Of a stretch of 54,039 bases of DNA, positions 19,632 through 27,288 are shown one piece after another. Under the pieces are notes generated by a model. It was given only the letters and a program-made list of their open reading frames with translations, searched no databases and was not told where the DNA came from. Each line of letters begins with the position of its first letter. The stretch's first letter is position 1. Source of the DNA: Clostridia bacterium. Its GTDB lineage: Bacteria; Bacillota; Clostridia; CAKSNL01; HGM11501. The stretch is taken from positions 1-54,039 of the forward strand of contig JAZQAZ010000038.1 of assembly GCA_045545475.1 (NCBI GenBank), in the 5' to 3' direction. A program made the position numbers and the translations under genes.

Positions 19632-20135
19632 ATGAAATATAAAAGCTTTTATAAAACACCCGAAGGTTTTTCCGATATGGTTATGATAAGTGACGGCGAG
19701 GCTCTTACAAACCTTTATTTTGAAGGAAGCCGTGATGAAAAAAAGGCAGATGAATTTTCAGAAGAAAGAGAACTTGAAATTTTCAGGGAAACCAAAAAGT
19801 GGCTTGATATCTATTTCGGCGGAAACGTTCCTGACTTTACTCCGAAATACAAAATAGAAAACCTAACCCCTTTCAGAAAAGAAGTAAGTGATATGATGAT
19901 AAAAATCCCTTACGGAAAAACCGTTACCTACGGCTTTATCACAAAGGAAATAGCGAAAAAGCAAGGCAAGGAAAAAATGTCCGCTCAGGCGGTGGGCGGT
20001 GCCGTTGGGTGGAATCCCTTATGCATTATAATTCCCTGCCACAGAGTGGTTGGGAAAAAGGGAAAACTCACCGGCTACGGCGGCGGAATAGAAAATAAAA
20101 CAGCCCTTTTAAGACTTGAAAAATCTATTGACTAA
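19632..20135 (+). CDS. ogt: Methylated-DNA--protein-cysteine methyltransferase
   Basis: IPYGKTVTYG, AQAVGGAVGWNP, IIPCHRV active site; start placed at ATG 19632. Confidence 0.95.
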   Translation: MKYKSFYKTPEGFSDMVMISDGEALTNLYFEGSRDEKKADEFSEERELEIFRETKKWLDIYFGGNVPDFTPKYKIENLTPFRKEVSDMMIKIPYGKTVTYGFITKEIAKKQGKEKMSAQAVGGAVGWNPLCIIIPCHRVVGKKGKLTGYGGGIENKTALLRLEKSID

Positions 20136-20156
20136 AGCATATCTATATTGTAAAAT
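20128..20156 (+). promoter_or_regulatory. sigmaA promoter of dat
   Basis: TTGACT-17 bp-TAAAAT. Confidence 0.6.
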
Positions 20157-20192
20157 AGAATACGATTCTTGATAGTAAAAAGGAGAATGAAT

Positions 20193-21080
20193 ATGCCCGG
20201 ACTTCTTAAAAATTTAGGATTTTACGACGGAAAATACGATTTAATTGAAAATATCAACATCCCTATGACCGACAGAGTGTGCTGGTTTGGTGACGGCGTT
20301 TACGATGCAACGGCAACAAGAAACGGCGTTATCTACTGTCTGGATGACCATATCGACCGCTTTTTCAATTCCGCATCAATGGTGGAAATTGAAATTCCGT
20401 ATACAAAGGATGAATTAAAAGAGCTTCTTTTAGACCTTGTTTCAAAGGTTGATACAAGCGAAACTAACGGCGAAACATTTTTATACTGGCAGATAACAAG
20501 AGGGGCAAACATTCCCAGAAATCACATTTTCCCCAAAAACGCAAAGGCAAACCTTTGGGTAACGGTTACACCGAGAAAGCTTGCTGATATTTACAGAAGG
20601 GCGAAAATAATCACCTATGAGGATATCCGTTTTTATATGTGCCATATAAAAACCCTTTGTCTTCTTCCCAGCGTTCTTGCATCTGAAGCGGCTGAAAGAG
20701 CGGGGGCAGAAGAGTGCGTTATGTACCGAAAGGAAGCGGACGGAATAAAGAACAGAGTAACGGAAGGTGCACACACCAACGTCCACTGCTTAAAGGACGG
20801 AAAGCTTTATACAGCACCCCTTGATAATCTTGTGCTTCCGGGAATTGCAAGAAAGAACTTAATCAAGGTTTGCGAAAAGCTTGGTGTTCCCGTTGTGGAA
20901 GAGCCCTATTCACTGGAATTTTTACTTGATGCCGATGAAATTATGCTTTCGTCAAGCTCCAATTTCTGTATAGTTGCAACCCACATTGACGATAAAGAGG
21001 TGGGCGGAAAAGCAGGTGAGCTTTTAAGAAAAATCCAGGATGCACTGGTTGAAGACTATATTACAAGCACAAACATATAA
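20193..21080 (+). CDS. dat: Class-IV aminotransferase, D-amino-acid aminotransferase-like
   Basis: DRVCWFGDGVYD, HIDRF, YWQITRG, RNHIFP, HIKTLCLLPSV, TEGAHTN, LPGIAR; start at ATG 20193 after AGGAG. Confidence 0.85.
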   Translation: MPGLLKNLGFYDGKYDLIENINIPMTDRVCWFGDGVYDATATRNGVIYCLDDHIDRFFNSASMVEIEIPYTKDELKELLLDLVSKVDTSETNGETFLYWQITRGANIPRNHIFPKNAKANLWVTVTPRKLADIYRRAKIITYEDIRFYMCHIKTLCLLPSVLASEAAERAGAEECVMYRKEADGIKNRVTEGAHTNVHCLKDGKLYTAPLDNLVLPGIARKNLIKVCEKLGVPVVEEPYSLEFLLDADEIMLSSSSNFCIVATHIDDKEVGGKAGELLRKIQDALVEDYITSTNI

Positions 21081-21120
21081 ATTAAAAGAGGAACTATCGA
21101 GCGATAGTTCCTCTTTTAAT
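21081..21120. terminator. Bidirectional terminator
   Basis: Perfect 19-bp inverted repeat ATTAAAAGAGGAACTATCG-ag-CGATAGTTCCTCTTTTAAT. Confidence 0.9.
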
Positions 21121-21129
21121 TTACAAAAA

Positions 21130-22788
21130 TCAGTCAACGATTTCAACACCCGTAGGCTTGTTGATTTTAACATCAACTGTGCCGTCAGCACATCTTTTTG
21201 CATCAATGCTGATTACACCGTAGGGTGTGGGGTAGGTACCGTGGATGTAGTTCAGCTTTGTGCCAAGATTAGGCTTTACGCTTACCTTCTTACAGCCGGG
21301 AGCGAGTACCTTAACACCTAAAATGTATTCCTGGATATAAGCCGCAGGACCTGATGCCCAGCCGTGACATAAGCTGTGACGGAAGCCCTTGTAGCAGTAT
21401 GCACCGTGGTCGCCGTGAATGTCGTTTTCATCGGGAGCTACAAATTCATCAATTCTCTTTGCACCCTCGGTCCACTCCAAGTTAAAGTCTTCAAAGAATG
21501 TTGTTGCACCAAGCTCAATCATCTTGCCCCAGAACTTGTTCATAAGGTCGATTGTGCCGTCAACGTCACCTGCTTCGCCTCTTGCCTTAAGAACGTAATA
21601 GCCAAGGAAGGTGGATACGTTATGTAAGGGATCAACTGCCAGGATGTTCTTGTTTACATCTTCATAAGTGCTGATTCCTGCAAGTGCCTGAAGAGCCGCT
21701 GCGGCCTTGCAGTTACCGGGATCGGGAGCGTTTGCCATAATAAGATTCTTATAGCCTTCGCACTTTGAAGCCATTTCTTCATCCTTGTACTCTTTTGCAA
21801 TGTTACTTGCAGCATCAAGTGCCATGGTGAAGATTGCGGCAACGCCTGCCTTCTGTCCCTGTGGGTCTGTTGATGTGGGCCAGTCGATGAAGTTTTTGTC
21901 TATTGCAATTGTACCGTCTTCGTTGATTACAGAGAAGAGGTTGGCAAGAGTTGCATAGAGATAGTCCTTCTGAGCGAAGAGATAATCGTAGTTACCGTTC
22001 TGCATATACCAATCCCAGTGAATCTTGATCCACCAGAGGGTGTAGGAGGGAATGTTGTTCATCCACTTGTCGGGAGCGAAGCATTCCTTTGTTAAATCCA
22101 GGCTCTTGGGAACGCAGTCGTCATAGCCGAATACTCTTTGAATTGTGGAGGTCTCTGGATGCATATCGCCGATCCATACAAGACGGTCACGCTTGATACC
22201 GTCCCAGAGGTAGTTTTGCATATTTAAGTGAACTGTGTAAACAGCGGTTTCGAAAACTTCGTTAAGCATAGCATCGTCGGATGTAAATGTACCCTTGTAT
22301 TCAATATCTTCATAAATGAAAGCGGCACGGATAACGTTTAAGTGAACGAATCCCTTGGGGCAATCAATTCTTACGAAACGATAGCCTGTCTGTCCGATTT
22401 CGATGGAACCCATCATAGAAACGGGAAGCTCCAGATCACGCTGAGCGTGGTTGTTTGTAGCGTTCTTTTCGCCGTAAAGCTCGGTCATACATTCCATAAC
22501 GGATTCACCGAAGCGGATGTGAAGTCTTCCTTCCTTCTGAACTTCACACTCACAGCCGTGAGCAATAACGAGTAATCCGCCGTGGATTTCATAGCCGAAG
22601 TCAAGTAAAATAGAACCGCCTTCCTTGATTGTGCAGACAGGGCCGATGTTTAAGGGAGCCTGAAGAGGCTTATCCATCATAAGGGCCTCAACATTGTCAA
22701 TGTCGCCGTTTGTCCATACAATCTTCTTTGGCATCAAGTATCTTTTTGCTCTGGTATCGCGGATACCTTCTGTGAAAACGTTTCTCAT
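21130..22788 (-). CDS. GH78 alpha-L-rhamnosidase (short cytoplasmic form)
   Basis: LLDFGYEIHG, GYRFVRI, WDGIKRDRLVWIGD, FIDW, GATTFFEDF, SLCHGWASGP, PTPYGVI. Confidence 0.9.
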   Translation of the reverse strand: MRNVFTEGIRDTRAKRYLMPKKIVWTNGDIDNVEALMMDKPLQAPLNIGPVCTIKEGGSILLDFGYEIHGGLLVIAHGCECEVQKEGRLHIRFGESVMECMTELYGEKNATNNHAQRDLELPVSMMGSIEIGQTGYRFVRIDCPKGFVHLNVIRAAFIYEDIEYKGTFTSDDAMLNEVFETAVYTVHLNMQNYLWDGIKRDRLVWIGDMHPETSTIQRVFGYDDCVPKSLDLTKECFAPDKWMNNIPSYTLWWIKIHWDWYMQNGNYDYLFAQKDYLYATLANLFSVINEDGTIAIDKNFIDWPTSTDPQGQKAGVAAIFTMALDAASNIAKEYKDEEMASKCEGYKNLIMANAPDPGNCKAAAALQALAGISTYEDVNKNILAVDPLHNVSTFLGYYVLKARGEAGDVDGTIDLMNKFWGKMIELGATTFFEDFNLEWTEGAKRIDEFVAPDENDIHGDHGAYCYKGFRHSLCHGWASGPAAYIQEYILGVKVLAPGCKKVSVKPNLGTKLNYIHGTYPTPYGVISIDAKRCADGTVDVKINKPTGVEIVD

Positions 22789-22789
22789 A

Positions 22790-23281
22790 TTAATTCTCCT
22801 TATAATTTAATATTTCTGCTGTGTAAACGGTATGATAATCACCGTTTTTGTACCATTTTTCATTGCATTCCGGGCAGGTTTCCTCTTTTGACATTTCGGT
22901 TTTATAAATGACGCGGCATTCATAAACCATACAGCCGGAAATTCCGGGAACGTCAATTTCCTTTGAAGGAACGGTTTCTAAATTACACTCTTTAATCTTG
23001 TCAAAATCTCGTCCCGACTTGCTTCCGCAAAAGGCAAAGGATTCCTTTTGTGAATCGTCAAATGGAATTGAAACCGTAAACATCGGGTTTTTGTCAAGCA
23101 GCTCCTTTGTATAGCGGGACTGACGCACCATAACGACAAAAACGCTTTTTCCCTGTGAAACACCAATCTGCCCCCAGCCTATTGTCATAGGGTTTATTTT
23201 ACCATCAGAACCTGCTGTAAGGTAAGCACCAAAAGTTCCCATATTGGTAAGTGCTTTGCCCGAATTTTCTAAAAAATTCAT
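22790..23281 (-). CDS. Flavin reductase-like (flavoredoxin) FMN-binding protein
   Basis: NPMTIGWG, VRQSRYT, CGSKSGRDFDK, YECRV, YHTVY. Confidence 0.88.
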   Translation of the reverse strand: MNFLENSGKALTNMGTFGAYLTAGSDGKINPMTIGWGQIGVSQGKSVFVVMVRQSRYTKELLDKNPMFTVSIPFDDSQKESFAFCGSKSGRDFDKIKECNLETVPSKEIDVPGISGCMVYECRVIYKTEMSKEETCPECNEKWYKNGDYHTVYTAEILNYKEN

Positions 23282-23376
23282 CAAATTCCCCCTTGCTAAA
23301 ACTTAAATATTATATTATCATATAATTATGAAAATAGCAACGAAAATATTAAAAAATTTCCGAAAGAAGGAATAAA

Positions 23377-24015
23377 ATGAAAAGACAGGAAAAAATTCTG
23401 ATTGTGAGGGAACGCTTATCGGCACTGTATCCCGATTCGGAATGTACCCTTACCTATAAAGACCCGTTTCAGTTACTCATCGCAACACAGCTTGCGGCAC
23501 AGTGTACCGATGCAAGGGTTAATATTGTAACTAAAACCTTATATAAAAAATATCCCACGGTGGAGTCCTTTGCTAATGCGGACCTTTCAGAACTCCAGCA
23601 GGATATAAAAAGCACCGGCTTTTATCATAACAAGGCGAAAAACATAATAGGCTGTGCCAAAAAGCTCCTTTCGGATTTCGGTGGGGAAGTGCCAAGGACA
23701 ATGGAAGAACTTTTATCCCTTCCGGGCACAGGCAGAAAAACCGCAAACCTTGTGTTGGGTGATGCTTTCGGGATTCCCGGCATTGTAATTGATACTCACG
23801 CAAAGAGGCTGTCGGGAAGGATTGGGCTCACAAAGGAGGAAACTCCCGAAAAAATAGAAAAGGACTTAATGAAATTTACACCAAAGGATTATTGGACAAC
23901 TCTGGGACACCACTTTGTTGACCACGGAAGGGCGGTTTGCGATGCAAGAAAACCGAAATGTGAAAACTGTGTGCTTTCAGATATATGCACATACGCTAAA
24001 AAGAATAAAAAATAA
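23377..24015 (+). CDS. nth: Endonuclease III
   Basis: LLIATQLAAQCTD, HhH LPGTGRKTAN, IDTH, C-x6-C-x2-C-x5-C Fe-S motif. Confidence 0.96.
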   Translation: MKRQEKILIVRERLSALYPDSECTLTYKDPFQLLIATQLAAQCTDARVNIVTKTLYKKYPTVESFANADLSELQQDIKSTGFYHNKAKNIIGCAKKLLSDFGGEVPRTMEELLSLPGTGRKTANLVLGDAFGIPGIVIDTHAKRLSGRIGLTKEETPEKIEKDLMKFTPKDYWTTLGHHFVDHGRAVCDARKPKCENCVLSDICTYAKKNKK

Positions 24016-24049
24016 TTTGCCGCATAGCCTTTAAATAGGAGGCGGTTTT

Positions 24050-24280
24050 ATGGCGAAAATTTCTGAATTCAGGCAAAAAGAAGTTCTTGATACCGTTACA
24101 GGAAAGCGACTTGGATATGTATGCGACATGGAAATAGATGATGTTTCGGGGCGGATAATATCAATTACGGTGCCGTCGGGAAAGATACTTTCTTCCATTA
24201 TGAAAAAATCTGACATAATAATTCCGTGGGAAAAGATTGAAAAAATAGGGAAAGACATGATTCTTGTAAAAGGAGAATGA
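24050..24280 (+). CDS. ylmC: YlmC/YmxH family sporulation protein (PRC barrel)
   Basis: SEFRQKEV...GKRLG..D.EID...G.I..I.....IIPWEKIEKIGKDMILV. Confidence 0.9.
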   Translation: MAKISEFRQKEVLDTVTGKRLGYVCDMEIDDVSGRIISITVPSGKILSSIMKKSDIIIPWEKIEKIGKDMILVKGE

Positions 24281-26104
24281 ATGATGGATACTAAAGAAAT
24301 AGTGAAAAAAGCCTTTTTAATGTGCGAAATCAATACGCCCGGAAACATTTCTCTTTATGGATTTGACGGAGTTAAAGTCAGAATGGATGAGTCTGAAATA
24401 GAAATAGGCTATAATACGGTTCCACAGCTTATGCGAGGATGTATGCTTGTTGCAAAGGCAATTAAAGAAGGCAGAAAATGCTATAAAACAGAGGAGCATG
24501 CCCGCTTTAAAACCTGCGGAGCGATGATAGACGTTTCCAGAAACGGCGTTATGCGCGTAGATAAGGTTTTTGAATTTATCGATTATATGGCACTTTACGG
24601 ACTTAATATGCTGATGCTTTATACTGAAGATACTTATGAGGTAGAAGGTTTTGAGATGTTTGGCTACCAAAGGGGAAGATATACCAAGGACGAGCTTAAA
24701 GCAATTGACGAATACGGAAAAGTTATGGGAGTAGAAATAATCCCCTGCGTGCAAACTTTAGCACACCTTGCCCACTACACAAAATGGATTGAAGGTATGC
24801 ACCTTTCAGACAGGCCGGGTATTTTGTGTGCAAACCATCCGCCGGTGTATGAATTTATCGAAAAGTGTATTGCGACCTTAAGAGAGTGCTTTTCATCAGA
24901 AAGAATACATATCGGAATGGACGAAGCTTTTGAAATAGGCCGCGGTAAATATCTTGATCGCTTCGGCATCAGGGACAGAAAAGAAATTATAACCGAGCAT
25001 CTTATAAAGGTTGACGAAATCTGCAAAAAGTATAATTATAAGCCCATGATGTGGTCGGATATGTATTTCCGCTATCCCGGTAAAGTGGGGGATTTTCACA
25101 GAGAAAGTAACATTGCTCCCGAAATTGCAGAGAAAATTCCTGAAAATACCGAGTTTGTTTACTGGGATTATTACAACACGGAAAAAGACTTTTATTCAGA
25201 CATTATGAAAAAGCACGAGGATATAAATAAAAAGCCTTGTTTTGCGGGAGGAATATGGACCTGGAACGGCTTTTTGCCAATCGGAAATTACACGGAAAAC
25301 ACCACGGAAAGTGCACTCAAAGCGGCAATTTCAAATAAGCTTGACACCTGCTTTGCAACATTATGGTCAAACGACGGATGCGAAACAAACCACTTCCTTG
25401 CAATGGGGCTTATGGCATATTATTCGGAATTTTGCTACAGAGGCGAAGCTGTAACAAGGGAAGAAGTCTACGATACGGGCGAATTCGTTTCGGGAATTTC
25501 CAGGGAGTTTTATAACGCCTGCTCCGATTTTCATATTGCAATAGATGTATCAAAAGATAAATTTATGCTTGATACTCATCCTGTGGGTAAAAAGCTTGTC
25601 TGGGCGGATATTCTCCATGGAATCCACGGCTGTGAGCTGGATTCAGGTAGCTATATAGCAAAAATGAAAGAGGCGAAGGCTTTGATGGATGAGTATGCAT
25701 CGAGTCTAGACAGAAATGAAGAAAACTATATCTATGCATCGCTCCTTTTTGAAATTGCGGGCATAAAGTGCGATATATTCTCAAATATCAAAAAACGCTA
25801 CGACGAAGGAGACAGGGCATATTTTGATAAGCTTTCGGGCGAAACTCTTCCTCATCTTTATGAGCTTTATGAACGCCTTTCCGATATCCACGAAACTATG
25901 TGGCTTGCAACTTATAAGCCCCACGGCCTGGAGGTATTGCAGATGCGCTATGCCGCAACATTAAAAAGACTTATATACACTAAAAAGGTGTTTGAAATTT
26001 ATGCCCTCGGAGAAGGCGACAAAATAGAGGAACTTGAAAATAACCCCATCTACGGCAAAGGCTTCGGAAAAGGATTTATGAATGTATATACACCCTGCTG
26101 GTAA
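24281..26104 (+). CDS. GH20 beta-N-acetylhexosaminidase (GcnA/HexD-like), no signal peptide
   Basis: GAMIDVSRNGV, LYTEDTYE, PCVQTLAH, IHIGMDE, MWSDMYF, VYWDYY, TLWSNDG. Confidence 0.92.
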   Translation: MMDTKEIVKKAFLMCEINTPGNISLYGFDGVKVRMDESEIEIGYNTVPQLMRGCMLVAKAIKEGRKCYKTEEHARFKTCGAMIDVSRNGVMRVDKVFEFIDYMALYGLNMLMLYTEDTYEVEGFEMFGYQRGRYTKDELKAIDEYGKVMGVEIIPCVQTLAHLAHYTKWIEGMHLSDRPGILCANHPPVYEFIEKCIATLRECFSSERIHIGMDEAFEIGRGKYLDRFGIRDRKEIITEHLIKVDEICKKYNYKPMMWSDMYFRYPGKVGDFHRESNIAPEIAEKIPENTEFVYWDYYNTEKDFYSDIMKKHEDINKKPCFAGGIWTWNGFLPIGNYTENTTESALKAAISNKLDTCFATLWSNDGCETNHFLAMGLMAYYSEFCYRGEAVTREEVYDTGEFVSGISREFYNACSDFHIAIDVSKDKFMLDTHPVGKKLVWADILHGIHGCELDSGSYIAKMKEAKALMDEYASSLDRNEENYIYASLLFEIAGIKCDIFSNIKKRYDEGDRAYFDKLSGETLPHLYELYERLSDIHETMWLATYKPHGLEVLQMRYAATLKRLIYTKKVFEIYALGEGDKIEELENNPIYGKGFGKGFMNVYTPCW

Positions 26105-26113
26105 AAGTTCAAA

Positions 26114-26366
26114 AGGAGATGTAAAAAAAGTCCAGACCGCAAAAAGGCGAATAAATTAGTGGATTGGGCAAAGTTACAAACTCTATGTTGTAAAATAGTG
26201 TTGAAAAATCGCATTCCTACGATTTTTCTTCATTTTGAGCCTTTTTGCTACGAACAAACTTCACCCTCGACGTATCTATATACGCCTTCGGGTAACTTTC
26301 GAAAAGTCTGTAAACAGACTGTCTCAATTCAGTTTGTCCGTTCTGAAGCATTTTTTTCTATCTCCT
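26114..26366. mobile_element. Putative MITE (253 bp, non-coding, imperfect terminal inverted repeats)
   Basis: Left end AGGAGATgtAAAAAAA; right end (reverse complement) AGGAGATagAAAAAAA; lies between the GH20 stop codon and its terminator; internal hairpins. Confidence 0.6.
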
Positions 26367-26367
26367 G

Positions 26368-26404
26368 AAAAAGGGGCTGTAATTATTTTACAGCCCCTTT
26401 TTTT
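26368..26404. terminator. Intrinsic terminator overlapping the araC 3' end
   Basis: AAAAAGGGGCTGTAA-ttatt-TTACAGCCCCTTTTTTT. Confidence 0.85.
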
Positions 26405-27153
26405 GATAACTCTTTCGGGGACAAGCCTGTATTTTTTTTAATAAATGCACTGAAATAATAAGGCGTGCAAAAGCCGCACATCTCGGAAACCTCCGATACG
26501 GTGTAGTAGCCTGAGCATAAAAGCTCCTTTGCAAATGCGAGCCTTAAATCGTTGATATAAGAAAGGGGAGATTTTCTCGTATAATCGGAAAATACTTTAC
26601 GGAAATAGGTTTCGCTCATATTAAGCTTTTGTGAAAGGAGTGAAACAGACATATTTCTGTCCGTAAAATTGTCGTGGATATAGGATAAAAGAGCTTCAAT
26701 TTTAGCTGATGTATCGCTTATGTTTTTTGAGGCAGAATCCTTTTCCATAAGTGAAAGGATTTTATAAAACAGACTTTTTACCTCATATTCATATCCCGGA
26801 TGTTTTTTTAAGTGCGCATAATACATTTCCGAAAAGAGCTTTTCGTATTGATGGGGAAAAGAAGGGGTAAAAATAAGAAGGTCATCTGAAAGCGGGACAT
26901 CCGAATTAAAATGAACGATATATAAAATCTCTTCCTCGCAGTTAAGCTCATACTGAAGATATGCAGGAGCAAAAACAATATCCTTGCTTTTTGCGTGCAT
27001 ATAAGTATCTTTGCACTTAAATGAAGAATTGCCTTCCAGGCGGAACGAGAGGGCGTGATAAGGTCTCGGAATACCTGAGGAAATACATTTTGGCCTCTCA
27101 ATAAGGAAAACGGAAATAGGCTCACTGTTTATTGCTTTTGTTTTGAAAAACAT
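26383..27153 (-). CDS. AraC family transcriptional regulator
   Basis: C-terminal MSETYFRKVF...SPLSYINDLR...CGFCTPYYFSAFIKKNTGLSP. Confidence 0.92.
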   Translation of the reverse strand: MFFKTKAINSEPISVFLIERPKCISSGIPRPYHALSFRLEGNSSFKCKDTYMHAKSKDIVFAPAYLQYELNCEEEILYIVHFNSDVPLSDDLLIFTPSFPHQYEKLFSEMYYAHLKKHPGYEYEVKSLFYKILSLMEKDSASKNISDTSAKIEALLSYIHDNFTDRNMSVSLLSQKLNMSETYFRKVFSDYTRKSPLSYINDLRLAFAKELLCSGYYTVSEVSEMCGFCTPYYFSAFIKKNTGLSPKELSKKGAVK

Positions 27154-27204
27154 AAAATCGCCTCCGGAAAAAGTATAATATTAAAAGGTTTTGCTGTCAA
27201 TAGA

Positions 27205-27269
27205 GTTTTGAAAAACGTATTTTTTTGTTTCGGAAAGCGTATTGTTATTTTTGTGAAAAAGAGTAAAAT
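27205..27269 (+). promoter_or_regulatory. Probable AraC tandem sites and promoter of the GH89-like gene
   Basis: Direct repeats GTTTTGAAAAACGTATT / GTTTCGGAAAGCGTATT (22-bp period) abutting TTGTTA-16-TAAAAT. Confidence 0.55.
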
Positions 27270-27288
27270 GAAGTAAAGGAGTGATTTT

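Noticed and set aside
26159-26441. Short ORFs (68-69 aa) in the GH20-araC gap
   Set aside because: No RBS or recognisable motifs; better explained as non-coding MITE-like sequence
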